Below are positions 1 to 11,800 of a DNA stretch of 64,000 nucleotides, in pieces. Position 1 is the first letter of the stretch. Each line of letters starts with the position of its first letter. The notes below the pieces were generated by a model, which was given only the letters and a program-made list of their open reading frames with translations, made no database searches and was not told the DNA's origin. The position numbers and the translations under genes were made by a program. The stretch covers positions 11,892,275-11,956,274 of the forward strand of contig NC_134032.1 of NCBI RefSeq assembly GCF_964204645.1. Reading direction: 5' to 3'. The DNA is from Tubulanus polymorphus. Taxonomy: Eukaryota; Animalia; Nemertea.

Positions 1-1597
1 GCTGGCAACGTAGACATCGCGACACGGCCGTTTTCGCGGGTGGGAATCTCGCCGCTGAATTCCCCGCTGCTCCAGCGCCACCTACTGGCGAAATCGCCGA
101 CGCCATCAAACTCAGTAAATTATTCGAATTTGCCGTTATTAACCGTGCGTCTGTCGATTGCGTTAATCGCGAGTCGATCACCGGCGGTGGTTTTTTCGAC
201 TTGGACTTTTCGTAAATTTTCCGCCGCGTTTTAGCTGCGACGCCATCGCGCGCGGTCGCGTCGTTCAAAAACATCATCTGCCCGATCGGGTTATTCTGGT
301 TGCCGTACGTCCCGTAGTGGTACATGTGCTTCAGTGTTTTAATGTACGCTTTGAATTTTTCGCACTCTTTCGTTTTTTCGCGCAACGACTCCTCGAATTG
401 TTGCAGTTGAAGGTGAAGGTCGCGTATCGTCTGCTCCTGAAAGCGCGAGTGTTCGAGATTTTTCAGCGGTTGGATTTCGGCGATCAGTCGCACGGGTCGG
501 TCGCCGCCGGTCTTGTCGCTCGTGCGAAAACCGGTTAACGCGTATTGCGGAGACGTCGTCTGCCCCTCTTTGTTCTCGTCGTCGTCATCATCATCGTCGG
601 CAACTCCTGTCATTACAACGCGAGAATCGTTGGTCACCGCGCTGATATCGTGCACGACGACGACGTTCTGATTCGCGTTGCTATCTACGACGCGATTTTT
701 CGACGGAGCAGTTTTTCGAACTACGATTCTCATATTATCGACATTTTTCGCCTGTTTTTTCTGTCGTCGCGGCGACCGGACGGCGTCGTCCTCATCGACG
801 GGCGCTTGCCCGATTTTCCGAACGCTCAACAACGGCGGGCTGTACGTGCCCTCGCTTTCCAGAGGCAGCGGCTCGATCGGCGACGGCGCTGCGTTTCTCT
901 TCCTAGACGGCGCCGCCGGTGTCGTTTCGACGTCGACCCCCTCCAGATCTTTGATCGCGAGATCTTTGTCTTTCAACTCGCGTTGCAGTTCGAGAATTTC
1001 CTGTTCGAGATTTTCGAATTTGCCGTGAATCGCGTCGGACAGGCAGCCGTACGACGCCAGTTCATCGTCGGTGAATCCCAACGCGAGAATACACTGATTC
1101 CTCTCTTCCATCACGTAGCGAATCGTGTCGCACGATTCCTGCACGGCCTGCTCGAGATTCGCGACGATCGCCGATTCGTCCTCGTTGATTTCGTCGCGGT
1201 TTTTCGTTTTGGTCGCGTAGCCGCACGCGTGCAGGAACTCGGCGAGCGTCTCGCTCGCGTTTAAAACGCGTTCGCCGTCCGTCAGTTTGGTTTTTCGTTG
1301 CCGGTCCATTTCTTTCAACGTCGCGTCGAGTTTTTTCTTCCAGCTCGAGCGTTCGGCGGTTAACAGCTCGATCACGCGCTCCTCGGCCAACGCCAAACGC
1401 TGCGATTCCGTTCGGTCGACGCTCAACTGGATTTGCTCGTCGACGAAATTACGCGCCAGGTTTCGGATGTCGACGTCGACGGTCCTGGTCGCGGTCCGTG
1501 GACTGGCGACGTTCGCGCGGACTGCGACTCCGTGGGTCTTCAGGTTGTTCATGTTTCGTGGCGCCACTTTTTGTTCGGCCAACATCTTTAAATCGTT
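1..1597 (-). CDS. Large coding exon of a coiled-coil protein, 3'-partial; ends at the window edge in a CxxC motif (...SRCLRCQ)
   Basis: Acceptor tcattcttttcag precedes 1597. The frame NDLKMLAEQKVAP...LEQEILELQRELKDKDLAIKDLE...LHLQLQQFEESLREKTKECEKFK...TAVSRCLRCQ is open to base 1; it has no stop in the window, so it is absent from the ORF track. A phase-compatible start exon ATG GAG|gtgagt lies at 3054-3049. Confidence 0.85.
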
Positions 1598-3545
1598 CTG
1601 AAAAGAATGAAAGATGATGAAATACTTAAGATGATGGTAATCATAATTTTTATTTCGCCATCGATTAAATTTAGGTTACAAAAAGTATATCATAGAAATA
1701 GAAAATTGATGAAAGTTCGATCAGAAAGGGCGAACTTTCGTGGTGAGCCGATTAGAAGCTGAAGCTGATAATCCAACGCGCCATTGTTTGCATGATATCA
1801 CTGTTTCGGCCATCTTGGAACTAGGTCGGAACTAATACAGCGATCGTGCTTATGTGGATTCTTCAAATATCTTACCCCCCATGGTGGTACCTGCTTGTCA
1901 GGGGTTTTTGGTGTACCTGTGTTATCCTTGACATGTTATCCCTTTTCATTTAAACACCCCTCTGCCCATTTTCCTAGATCAGCCACTGTTATGTACTAGG
2001 TATGTTATAACAAATGGAAGGGTTAGTGATGGTATGATATACCCTCGTCAGTCAGGGTGATGTTAGATTTCGTAGCTAGTCAACTTGTTGTCGGAGCACA
2101 TAACCGAACGCACTTTAGTTTGGTTTTACGCATTTCACAGTGTCGGTCATTTTGAATCTTTTAGGTCTGAACTACTGTGACTGCGCTCAGTCGCGTGGAC
2201 GACTATTTTCGGACTGTTGCTCTGACTTACTGAAATTGCGGTTTCCCGAAGACACAACTAACTCCGATAACCAAGTTCACCAAGGTTATACAATCAATAT
2301 ATAGGCATTCATTAGATAATTATGAATATGATCTGATAGATAATAACGAATAATTATAAGCCTAATAGGGAATGCTAAGCATCAATGATTATATTCTTGA
2401 TCGAAAAATCTTCTGACGATTAGTTCGTTATATCCGGCAAAAGATTAATCATACGTTCCTACAATTATTGAATTTCTTAGATCTGTATAATTCTTCGTAT
2501 TTGCGAATTTCATTCGTAGATTTCTTAAAACGGTGAAAAGCATTAATCAAAAAGAGCCCTCAAGTCGGATTAGGATTTTGTAATTGCGCTTAATCCCCCG
2601 AAAAACGCATTTGAAGACACACGTCTTCATAAGGGCATTAAGACAGATTTATTTGTAGGTATTTAAGGGGTATGCCTTCTAATTCTAGGGCTATTATGTT
2701 TGACTGCGCTAGTCTGAATCGGTCATTACAGACATATTAATCGCCACAATAGCCATATACACCGGTATATATTCTTTATAACGGTTATTCATTTTATTCG
2801 ACAGTCCGACTCCGGAGTCAGGTGTCCACGAGATAGTACTTGACTCTCAATATTTCAGCTCAGTGAAGCTCAGATTTTTAAGATCGGAATTCATTTCCTT
2901 AACTATATATTGGAACTAAAGATTTAAATTTTTTTAAAAATTTTGGTCGAGCTCTACTGTGGTTATGTCGATTTAGAAAATGGCCTCAAATGAGTATTAA
3001 CTTAGATTGATTGTAAGTTTTCAGTACCCGAAATTAGTTTAAACTCACCTCCATTGGTGATAGAACCAAAACTGGGCCCAATAGTTCAGTTATGACTTCA
3101 GGCCTTAAGTGGTCTCAAATTATAATAGTCTTTTTATAGATTTGCTATCACATCAAAATGCTCGTAGACTTTTGTCTTAAATCAAAACAATGACCGTGCA
3201 ACTGTCCCCTGGTCTCGAATCTGAGCCTGAAATGCGCAACCGACCTCAAGAATCCTAAATTCACCCGATGACCTTATATAATTTTAATATCTATGAATCT
3301 GCGGTTTATGGTAATTGCCCCGTAGCCCGGCGGCCGAGACTCCGACACGAGACAAAAATGTAAATCAATTATTAACTGAATGTGAGTACAGCGCGATAAA
3401 CTCGTATTCACTCAGTATTATCAGCCTTAAAGCAGAAATATTTTGTCCCGACCCAAATCATTAAAAATTCATTCTTAGTACATGTATTCAGTTCATCCTT
3501 AGGTTCAACAGTTTCGGAGTCTAGTTTCACAGCTATGATGCTAGG

Positions 3546-3838
3546 CAGGCCCATAGCCGGGGGAGGGGGGTGCGTCGGGTGTGAAAGAGAAGGTCCCCAA
3601 TTTTACCAAATAAGAAAAAGTGCGACTTCACAGTGACTTGTAAAGTAATCATATGTCATTTTCATATTTTATATTCAGTGTTTTGATGTTTTCTGATCAG
3701 AGTACCGGATATTGACACCAAATGAGAGCTGACCTTGCATCAAAACTCCTATCATTCGCAGCTTGGCTTAACTGATGCGGTTTTGGTCCACTTGTAGTTT
3801 ATATCGCGCCCCCCTCGGGGGCCTTGGCTACGGGCACT
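3546..3838. mobile_element. Small non-autonomous TIR element (MITE-like)
   Basis: Ends caggcccatagcc ... ggctacgggcac are imperfect inverted repeats, each with an inner G-run or C-run. Confidence 0.5.
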
Positions 3839-4526
3839 TGTTTTCGATTTTCAAATACTTAGTGTGTATGGCTAGGACTTTGTGATGCGTGGCGAATGAT
3901 GACTAATGTCTAAGTCCCGCAATCAAAATACGATATGTCGATATTTTAACTTTATAAATTTACATAACTTGTGCGGATGAAAAATTCGCAGCAACAGTAT
4001 TCTAATAGTCAGATGTTTGCGTTTGCTTTCAATTTGTGGGAAAGGTTTTGAATATTTTATTTCGCCTGAACAGAAAACAATGTTTAAAACAATGAATCAT
4101 GTTCATGGTTTCTTTGTTTGCACTCTCAGCACAGACCGGTGGTGGTGAGACCGACCGTCGATTTTAGTTTTAACTATTTATCGTCGATCGTTAAATTTGA
4201 TTTATGATCCTATCGACTGGTTTTACGGCGCAATAAACACCGGGCTGTGATTTCATTATTAAAACTCTTTGTCTCACTCTCTCTGCCCTTCACTTTTTCC
4301 CTCGGTTTCCACATCTCTACCCGAGTCGCCAGTTTCTTAATGCCCTACGCTTAGAACACTGGGAAACACAGAAAGCGGAGATACAGAAGATACAGAAACA
4401 TGTCTAAGCGGTTCCCTGTATTGTGTGTGTTAACACCAAATGCGAAACATGGTTTCAGGGAGAAAAAATTTTTCCAAAATAAAACATGTTTGATTCTGGC
4501 ATTTCCCCGAGTTTCTCTGTCTCCCG

Positions 4527-4709
4527 CTCTCACTACCCCCTCTCACTACCCCCTCTCACTATCCCCTCTCACTATCCCCTCTCACTACCCCCTCTCACTA
4601 CCCCTTCTCACTATCCCCTCTCACTATCCCCTCTCACTACCCCCTCTCACTATCCCCTCTCACTATCCCCTCTCACTATCCCCTCTCACTATCCCCTCTC
4701 ACTATCCCT
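4527..4709. repeat. 13-bp minisatellite (CCCTCTCACTAYC)n, about 14 copies
   Basis: Tandem array read directly; it explains ORFs 4400..4789 and 4486..4809. Confidence 0.95.
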
Positions 4710-4967
4710 GCTCTGTCTCTCATTCTCCCCTCTTTCTCCCTTTCCTCACTGCCTTACACCTCTCTGTCGCGGGTCGTATGGGAATCTAATATCGTCATAC
4801 ACCTGTTAAATTGTTTCAGGTATTTGTCATTAGGTCACACACGAGGCAGGACGTGAAGCATTTAATGAGTGATACAACACAGTGAAATTACTCAACGCTG
4901 TTAACTACTTGTCCATTACCGCTAGTTCTACGGTTCCACAATCGTAGGTTCAGTTTAACTCTATCAT

Positions 4968-5238
4968 GTTGATCGCACCATCGCACGGAGACGATTTGGC
5001 CTGGGCCAAATTGGCAAACTCGGTCAAATTTAGCCCGTGCTTTTTAGAGATTAGAGATGTGCCTAACACATGTAAACCAATCATTATAAAACGATGCATA
5101 AACAAAGCGAGGTGGGTCATTTCCGGTACCAGTTGCAATTTGAACGCAATCATTTGTCCTGTGCTAAAATTGGGCTCAGGCCTGGTCCCCAGGTTTTGGT
5201 CGGGCCAAATTTGGCACCGGTGCGATCGCAGTGCGAAC
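4968..5238 (+). mobile_element. Dispersed repeat with imperfect inverted ends; second copy inverted at about 62648-62950
   Basis: aaacaaagcgaggtgggtcatttccggtaccagttgcaatttgaacgcaatcatttgtcctgtgct (about 5100-5165) matches the reverse complement of about 62779-62844. atcgcacggagacgatttggcc matches the reverse complement of ggccaaatcgtctctgtgtgat (about 62928-62949). Confidence 0.75.
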
Positions 5239-5905
5239 TGGGGTTATTTGGAGAGGAGCCAACTCCGTATCAAATCGAAGTGAAGAAACACCGAAAAAAT
5301 GCTTCATTTTCTATTCAAACATCGCAACAATTAATTACTTTCGAGGATAAAATGACGCGCCGAGAAAACCTTGAAAATGAAAAGAACTCACACGAACGTA
5401 CCTGCGGAATTGTTGATCAATCTGGTTCTGGTGAATCCTTGTTTCAGTGATTGATAATCCACATTTTCCCGTTTAAAAGGGTTCCCTGCAAGCGAATGTG
5501 TGTGTGGAAACACCTGTACTGCTAACACACTTAATAGGTGTATGAATAGAAACACTGCTCTCACCTGCACACGCTAATAGGGACTGTCTCATAGAAAATC
5601 ATCGCCGTTTCTAAACTCATCTAAAAAGGCCTCATTTAGAAATATTTAGAATCTGATAACCACTGTTTTCATTTTGATGATTTGTGGTGTCGATGGCTCG
5701 ATCATTCTCGGTTTTGGTCATGATTTTACTTCACAAAAAACAATTTGTGTCTTGAGTTTATTTGTTAGTTTTCTAGTATATTTTTCGATTCGAGAGTGAA
5801 ATTTAGTAGATTCCGGTAGGACTAATGCAAAACTAACTTGGTTTCTGGTTACTCATCAATCAAATTTATACTCGAGTTAAGAAGTCGATTTTCGATCACC
5901 TCTGT

Positions 5906-6040
5906 GGGGCCAGTTCCGTAGTCGAGACTTGATAAGCCCGACAGTGGTCTTAAGACACTGGTTTAAGTTATTAGATTGCCTATAGAATTGAGATGGTCTT
6001 AGATTAGTTTTAAGTCTAAGCCATGAGTAAGGAACCGCTG
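5906..6040 (+). mobile_element. About 130-bp MITE with GGNCCAGTTCC/GGAACCGGNCC-type TIRs
   Basis: Same ends and interior as 29233-29362 (ggggccagttgc...gcaaccggcccc) and, inverted, 34170-34308. Related TIRs occur at 13158-13243, 20544-20653, 23861-23970 and 27005-27113. Confidence 0.7.
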
Positions 6041-7319
6041 GGTTATTAATGCAGTTGTCAAAAGTTTCCCTTGACTCCTGTCAAAGTTTTTGATTGTGAC
6101 TCCAAAAATTGATGGATTTTTGATTGATTTAATTTCCCGGTTTGTCATGAATTTTTGATTGCATTTACTGTGAGGGAGTACATACTCTATATTTGATGAT
6201 GGCAACACCCTTACCGCCGACCCCTACCCTAAATGACTCCCTAGTTAATCCCTATCGTGATAACACAGCGACACGCAATAGCAGACGGAGCGATGCTGAA
6301 ATATTGATTTGCCATCAATTGATTTTCAGTTGATCACACAATGAATTGATAGATAAATATTGATAGGCAGTAAACTCTGCCGGTCACAATAGTAAAATTG
6401 ATTTCGAAACACGGCGTACTTTACATTTAGATTTCCTACAGGACGGCCAGTTCCTTAGGGAATAAAAGCCATTTTATTGCTTGATTTTACGAGGCCAGAG
6501 AGAAAGTTTTCTTGTATCGACCAATTTGAAAAAAGTCTCGAGTCAGCTCTACATTTGTTTGTTTATCTAGCTTTAGGTTGTTGTTGGGATCTTCGTTTCC
6601 TAAGACTAAATCTAATTGATTATTTATTTAACCTCACGACAGGACCACTGCCTTTGAAGTGTTGCCCGCACACAGTAAAGCAGCCAGCAGGACTCGGGGC
6701 GGCTTGAGCGGCCAATGTTCAAGAACTTGTTACATCCAAGATCGGCACTTTGATGTCCAAAATGGCAATGTTAGAAAAAGGGTACTAATTTTTATGGACT
6801 TGTACAAGTCTCTCTAGTCCCCCAAACTCTGCAGCAGCATCACTCCTTATCCCTCATAGACTCGACTTTGAACTGCCACTAACTTCTTGTAATAAAATCA
6901 GTCTTTCCGATTAGAGATTCTGAATTGCTATTTGAATCAGATCCAAAGTTGCATCTGGGGTCTATAAAATCTGAAAACTGAAATTCCGGCTACTGACCGG
7001 CGTTTAGGGGGGGGGGGGTTGAACAGGGTTTTGAGAATTTCCCTGACGAAGTTTCAAAACAAACCTTTCATAATTCATTCGATTCTAATGATATAAATGC
7101 ACCTGTCCTAGTTACATACATGTCACGACTAAAGCTAGGCCCCCTAACTGTGCCGAACTCTCCTGTGGAGTTGTTTTCTTTGAACGACAGACGAATTACA
7201 TATTTTTCTAAAGGTTCTAATTATTGACATAAAATAACCAGTTTTTAAAGAGATCTGAAGGAATTCCTAATGGGGTTCCGCTTTGAAGATATATGCACTA
7301 ACTTGAATAACAACTCTAT

Positions 7320-7935
7320 GGAAAATTTCACCAGTTTCAACTTAACCATAGGTGACAGAGTCTACTGTATTTCTCAAAATCTTACTCAGTATTTGACACC
7401 GACTCGGGGTAGAATTTTACCAGTTTCAACTTTACCACAGTAAGAGACAGAGTCTACTGTATTTCTCAAACTCTTACTCAGTATTTGACACCGACTCGGG
7501 GTAGAATTTTACCAGTTTCAACTTTACCACAGTAAGAGACAGAGTCTACTGTATTTCTCAAAATCTTACTTGGTATTTGACACCAACTTGGGGTAGAATT
7601 TTACCAGTTTCAACTTTACCACAGTAAGAGAGAGAGTCTACTGCATTTCTCAAAATCTTACACGGTATTTGACACCAACTTGGGGTAGAATTTTACCAGT
7701 TTCAACTTTACCACAGTAAGAGAGAGAGTCTACTGTATTTCTCAAACTCCTACTCAGTATTTGACACCGACTCGGGGTAGAATTTTACCAGTCTGAGCTG
7801 TACTGCAGTAAGAGACAGATTCCTACTGTATTTCTCAAAAATCTTACTCAGTATTTGACCCCGACGTGGGTAAAATTTAAACTCCCAACTTTACCACAGT
7901 AAGAAATAGAGTCAAGTGTATGTCTCAAACACTTA
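7320..7935 (+). repeat. 92-bp satellite array, about 6.5 copies
   Basis: gtagaattttacc recurs at 7409, 7501, 7593, 7685 and 7777 (period 92). The reverse-complement family lies at about 49335-50005. Confidence 0.95.
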
Positions 7936-8154
7936 TTCTTTGTTTGACAGATACAATAATAGTTTTTAATTTGATCAAGTAATGGTTGTAAGGTTGTTTA
8001 CCCAGCAATCAAAATCTAGGAAACGCTTCACTCTACAATTAGGATTAAAGAATTTAACTCTTCAGTGATTTGACCAAATACAAAAGTTGAATTAATTTTG
8101 CCATCTGAAATGTTGACAAACAACAAACCATTTCAGTGACTAATCCTGCCAAAT

Positions 8155-8495
8155 AAGCCACAGTAAACCATTTTTAGAGATTGCTTCTAAAAATCTGGGG
8201 AGAGTAAGATATTCTTGGAGCTGATACCTCACAATCCGGGGACAGTTAACTATTTTCAGGGATTGCTCCTGAAAATCAAGGCACAGTGAACCCTTTTCAG
8301 AGACTGCTTCTGACAATCAGGGGAAATCAAACTATTTTCAGAGACTGTTCTGAACAATAAGGGGATAGTAAACCATTTTCAGAGACTGTTCCTAACAATC
8401 GGGGCACAGTAAACTATTTCAGACATGGTTAACCATTTTCCTGATAATCAGTGGACATTAAACCTCTATACCCAGACACTGTTCCTGACAATCAG
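8155..8495 (+). repeat. Degenerate tandem repeat, about 45-46 bp unit (cagtaaaccattttcagagactgttcctgacaatc...)
   Basis: Recurring aaccattttcagaga / gacaatc motifs. Confidence 0.75.
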
Positions 8496-8803
8496 CAGAT
8501 AATAGACAAATTTGGTTGCTGAATAGATGTATGGAACCATACGTTGCACCAGATTTGACTCATAAAGAGTTAAACTGTCATCACCCGTAAAAGACCGACA
8601 GTATTGAATACTCAATGAAAATCTGTTACACTGATGTTTCAGAGATTTATTTGAAGTAGACCTCTACAGATGAGTTTAAAATGTTAAATTTTCAATATTC
8701 GTCAGTCTTTTATATAAATAGACACTGTCACTAGTTGGCAACACCTGATTATTCCACCAATTTTTCTCAATCTAATGAACAGTTTTATGTACACTTTTTT
8801 CAG

Positions 8804-11800
8804 TTGAAGAAGCGGTAAAACTTATGAAAAAGCTGTCGTACATCAACGAACACCAGAAGTGCACGGCAACGGCGCTGAGGAGCGAGGTCGCGTACCTTAA
8901 ACAGCAGATAACCGGCCTCAAGGTCAAATTAGAAATTGCCCCGACCGACGTCGTCATAGCGATGGCCGATAAAGACACGAAGATAAGAAGCCTTGAAAAT
9001 CGTGTAAAAACGGTAAAACAGGGACTTTTCCTATGAATTAGGCCACATAAAGAAATACCCTAGTTTCTCATCAGACTTTTTTCCAAAATGTGACGAGGGC
9101 GGGCAAATTTTGTTTTTATTGCTTTTTTTTAAATAAAAAAATTGAAATAAAAAGCTCAACCTGAGACTTACAGAATATACGCGGGAGGGAAGTTTTTTTT
9201 ACCAATGCCAAACAAATACCAGTAATGCAAGTAAAACATATGCACAAACTTTATTTAAAATTAAGTAGCCACCAAAAACCTATAAAAACAAACTATATCG
9301 ACTCATTTAATCGAAACTGAGACGATCATTTTCGCTATTTTCGCGCTTCCTCGAAATGAAGTAAAAGGAAACGAACCTGGCGCTGTTTTTGTCACCGTAA
9401 ATGTGGATATTACCAGTACGTCAAGGATGAGCATAAAAACGCCTGTAGGAAATCACCATCGTACCACTATACAGCTATGCGGGCGAGCGGGTTTTTAATT
9501 TTATCTAAAAAGAGACAACTGATGCTTTGCCAATGCGGGCATTTGTTTTTTTAATTTCAATTAGGGACTTTCTTGAGAAACTAGGGTATTTCTTTGTGTG
9601 GCCTAATAGACCAATGAAGGGCGTGCGGCCAGGGGTTTGTGTTGGTGGGAGGCAATTGAGGATGGGGGGGGGGTAAGAGACAATCCACATCACAATCACC
9701 ATCATCCTTATGAAAAACTGATCTCCAATATTCCGAGGATGCTCTTGTGCCGCGACTACTCGGTAATTTAGGTTTGTAACAGACATCTGAGGTTATTTTG
9801 AACGAATTGGCAAATTGTTTTGAAAGCAGAAATTATTTGTCAATTGATTTTGTTCATTCCAGTAAAACTGATCTGATTTGTTTAAGCGGGATTGTTCATA
9901 CAATTAATAGATAGATTTTGTATGAAAAAAAGAAACAATTGCCTAGGATTTGTAGGATCATTAAGATTTTGAAAACTACCTACGGGCGTACATGCACGGT
10001 CCCCGCTCCGAAATGTCTTTCAATCCAGTTCAGATAATTGCTCGTAGCTCAATCGTAGCCCGTTGACAGTTCGAGGAAATTTTTATGAATGGTTAACGCT
10101 CGAAAATAACATCTTTGCCCGGAGCAGTCCGAGGAAGTTCATGTAATTGCTCGTAGGATTGAGCTAGTGTTACACACTTATATCGAGACATAATGATCAA
10201 AACCGACAACTTATTTCATCATTGAGGAGATGCTCTGAATATATATCTCATGTTTGCATCAGCTACAAGTTCAAATGTCAAGAGCCAAATTCTATATGAT
10301 TGTATAAATGAAAAATGGAAGTATATTAGTACGGCGCTTGTTAAACAAGCCGCTCTTGAGAACTCATGATTAGACCAGTTTGTTGTGCTCTAGTATATTT
10401 TCCTTGTAGACATTTTCCAACCTGTACAAACACGTGTATCCGTTTAGAATGAATTCTTTAATGCATAGGCCTATCTATTCTTGATTTAGTAAGTTACATC
10501 TATATATTCTACACAATGAGAGACTTTCACAAAATCTGGATTATGTTATTATTAGATTTATGAGAATTGATTTTTGGTTTGATGCGAACAATAAATTGTT
10601 GTTAGCTGAAATAAGTGAGACATAATTTGTAAATGAGGCTTAACTTGTATCAGTCTATTGAATCAGTTATTCGCACTTATCCTCGCGTATTATGAATTCA
10701 ACTGAGATGCGGATTGGTCGAACCTACAACAGTTACACCATTCTCAGGTCTGTAATGAACAGATTTGGAAGCTACCGCACTGTATCACTGGTCATGCTGC
10801 CTACATTGTTTCTGTTAGGAGCCTTTGGAAATTCAGCTACTTTCCTCGTAATGATAAGTCGTAGATTTCGCAGTTTATCTTACGCGAACTATCTTATCAT
10901 TTTGTCTATCAGTGATTCTATGTTCTGCCTTAATTCTACGCTGATGCCCGTTTTACAGTTCGTTCTTTCGCATCCAGGCGTCGGGCCTATATTCATCATG
11001 AAATCATTAACCAGTTGTCAAATTTATGAATTTACAATGGGGCTTACAATCATCAATAGTTCGTGGTTTATCGTTGTAATATCTCTAGAACGTGCGGCAG
11101 TTGTTCTCTTCCCATTCACATCTCGTTTGATATGCACACCGAGATTCGCCAGATTTACTATATTCATTATCATTGCAGTGAATGTAACGTTTCTATACTT
11201 CTCACCGATTTTGTCGATACATTTTCCCGACCGGTTTTTCGGATGTTACTACAAATTACTCGACCAAATATCATATTTCACTATATTTGTCATCCACTCT
11301 TATATTCTACCATTAACTTTGATAATAACATCAAATTCTCTGATAATAATTCAGTTATTCAGAGGTTCGAAAATGGTTTCGTCAGATCAGAAAACTACAA
11401 AATCAAAACGTACAACAATAATGCTCGTAACAGTTTCACTCGCATTTGCAATTTTCACACTTCCGACCTCTATTACTACATATTTACCAGTCACCCCGGA
11501 TCAGAGAAATTTTCTATATGACATATTTATTCAGTTTCAAGTGTGTAACTATGTCACTAATTTCTACATATATCTCTTACTGGGACGAGAAATTCGTGAA
11601 TATTTCTGCATGAAAATTCGCTGTAACCAGTCAGTCAAATAACCGTTCAATTTCGAGGATGGTTCACTTCACACAACTTGGGAAAATATAACAATTAATT
11701 CCAAATAAGGGTATGTAGTTTTCCACTAGCTCCCGTTGAAAGTTCCTGGCAATTGGACCTGTGATTAGGGGCATTGTTAGTGAATAGCCACCACACCTAC

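Noticed and set aside
40-1601. Plus-strand ORFs 40..234, 317..538, 545..1264, 678..1028 and 1287..1601
   Set aside because: They are antisense shadows of the continuous minus-strand exon 1597-1.
4400-4809. ORFs with (PSHYPLSL) repeats
   Set aside because: They are translations of the 13-bp minisatellite, with no splice or domain support.
7320-7935. Possible CRISPR array
   Set aside because: Whole 92-bp monomers repeat with no unique spacers; the context is eukaryotic and there are no cas genes.
9041-9603. Autonomous transposase or reverse transcriptase anywhere in the window
   Set aside because: No ORF shows DDE, RT or GIY-YIG motifs; all mobile elements seen are non-autonomous remnants.
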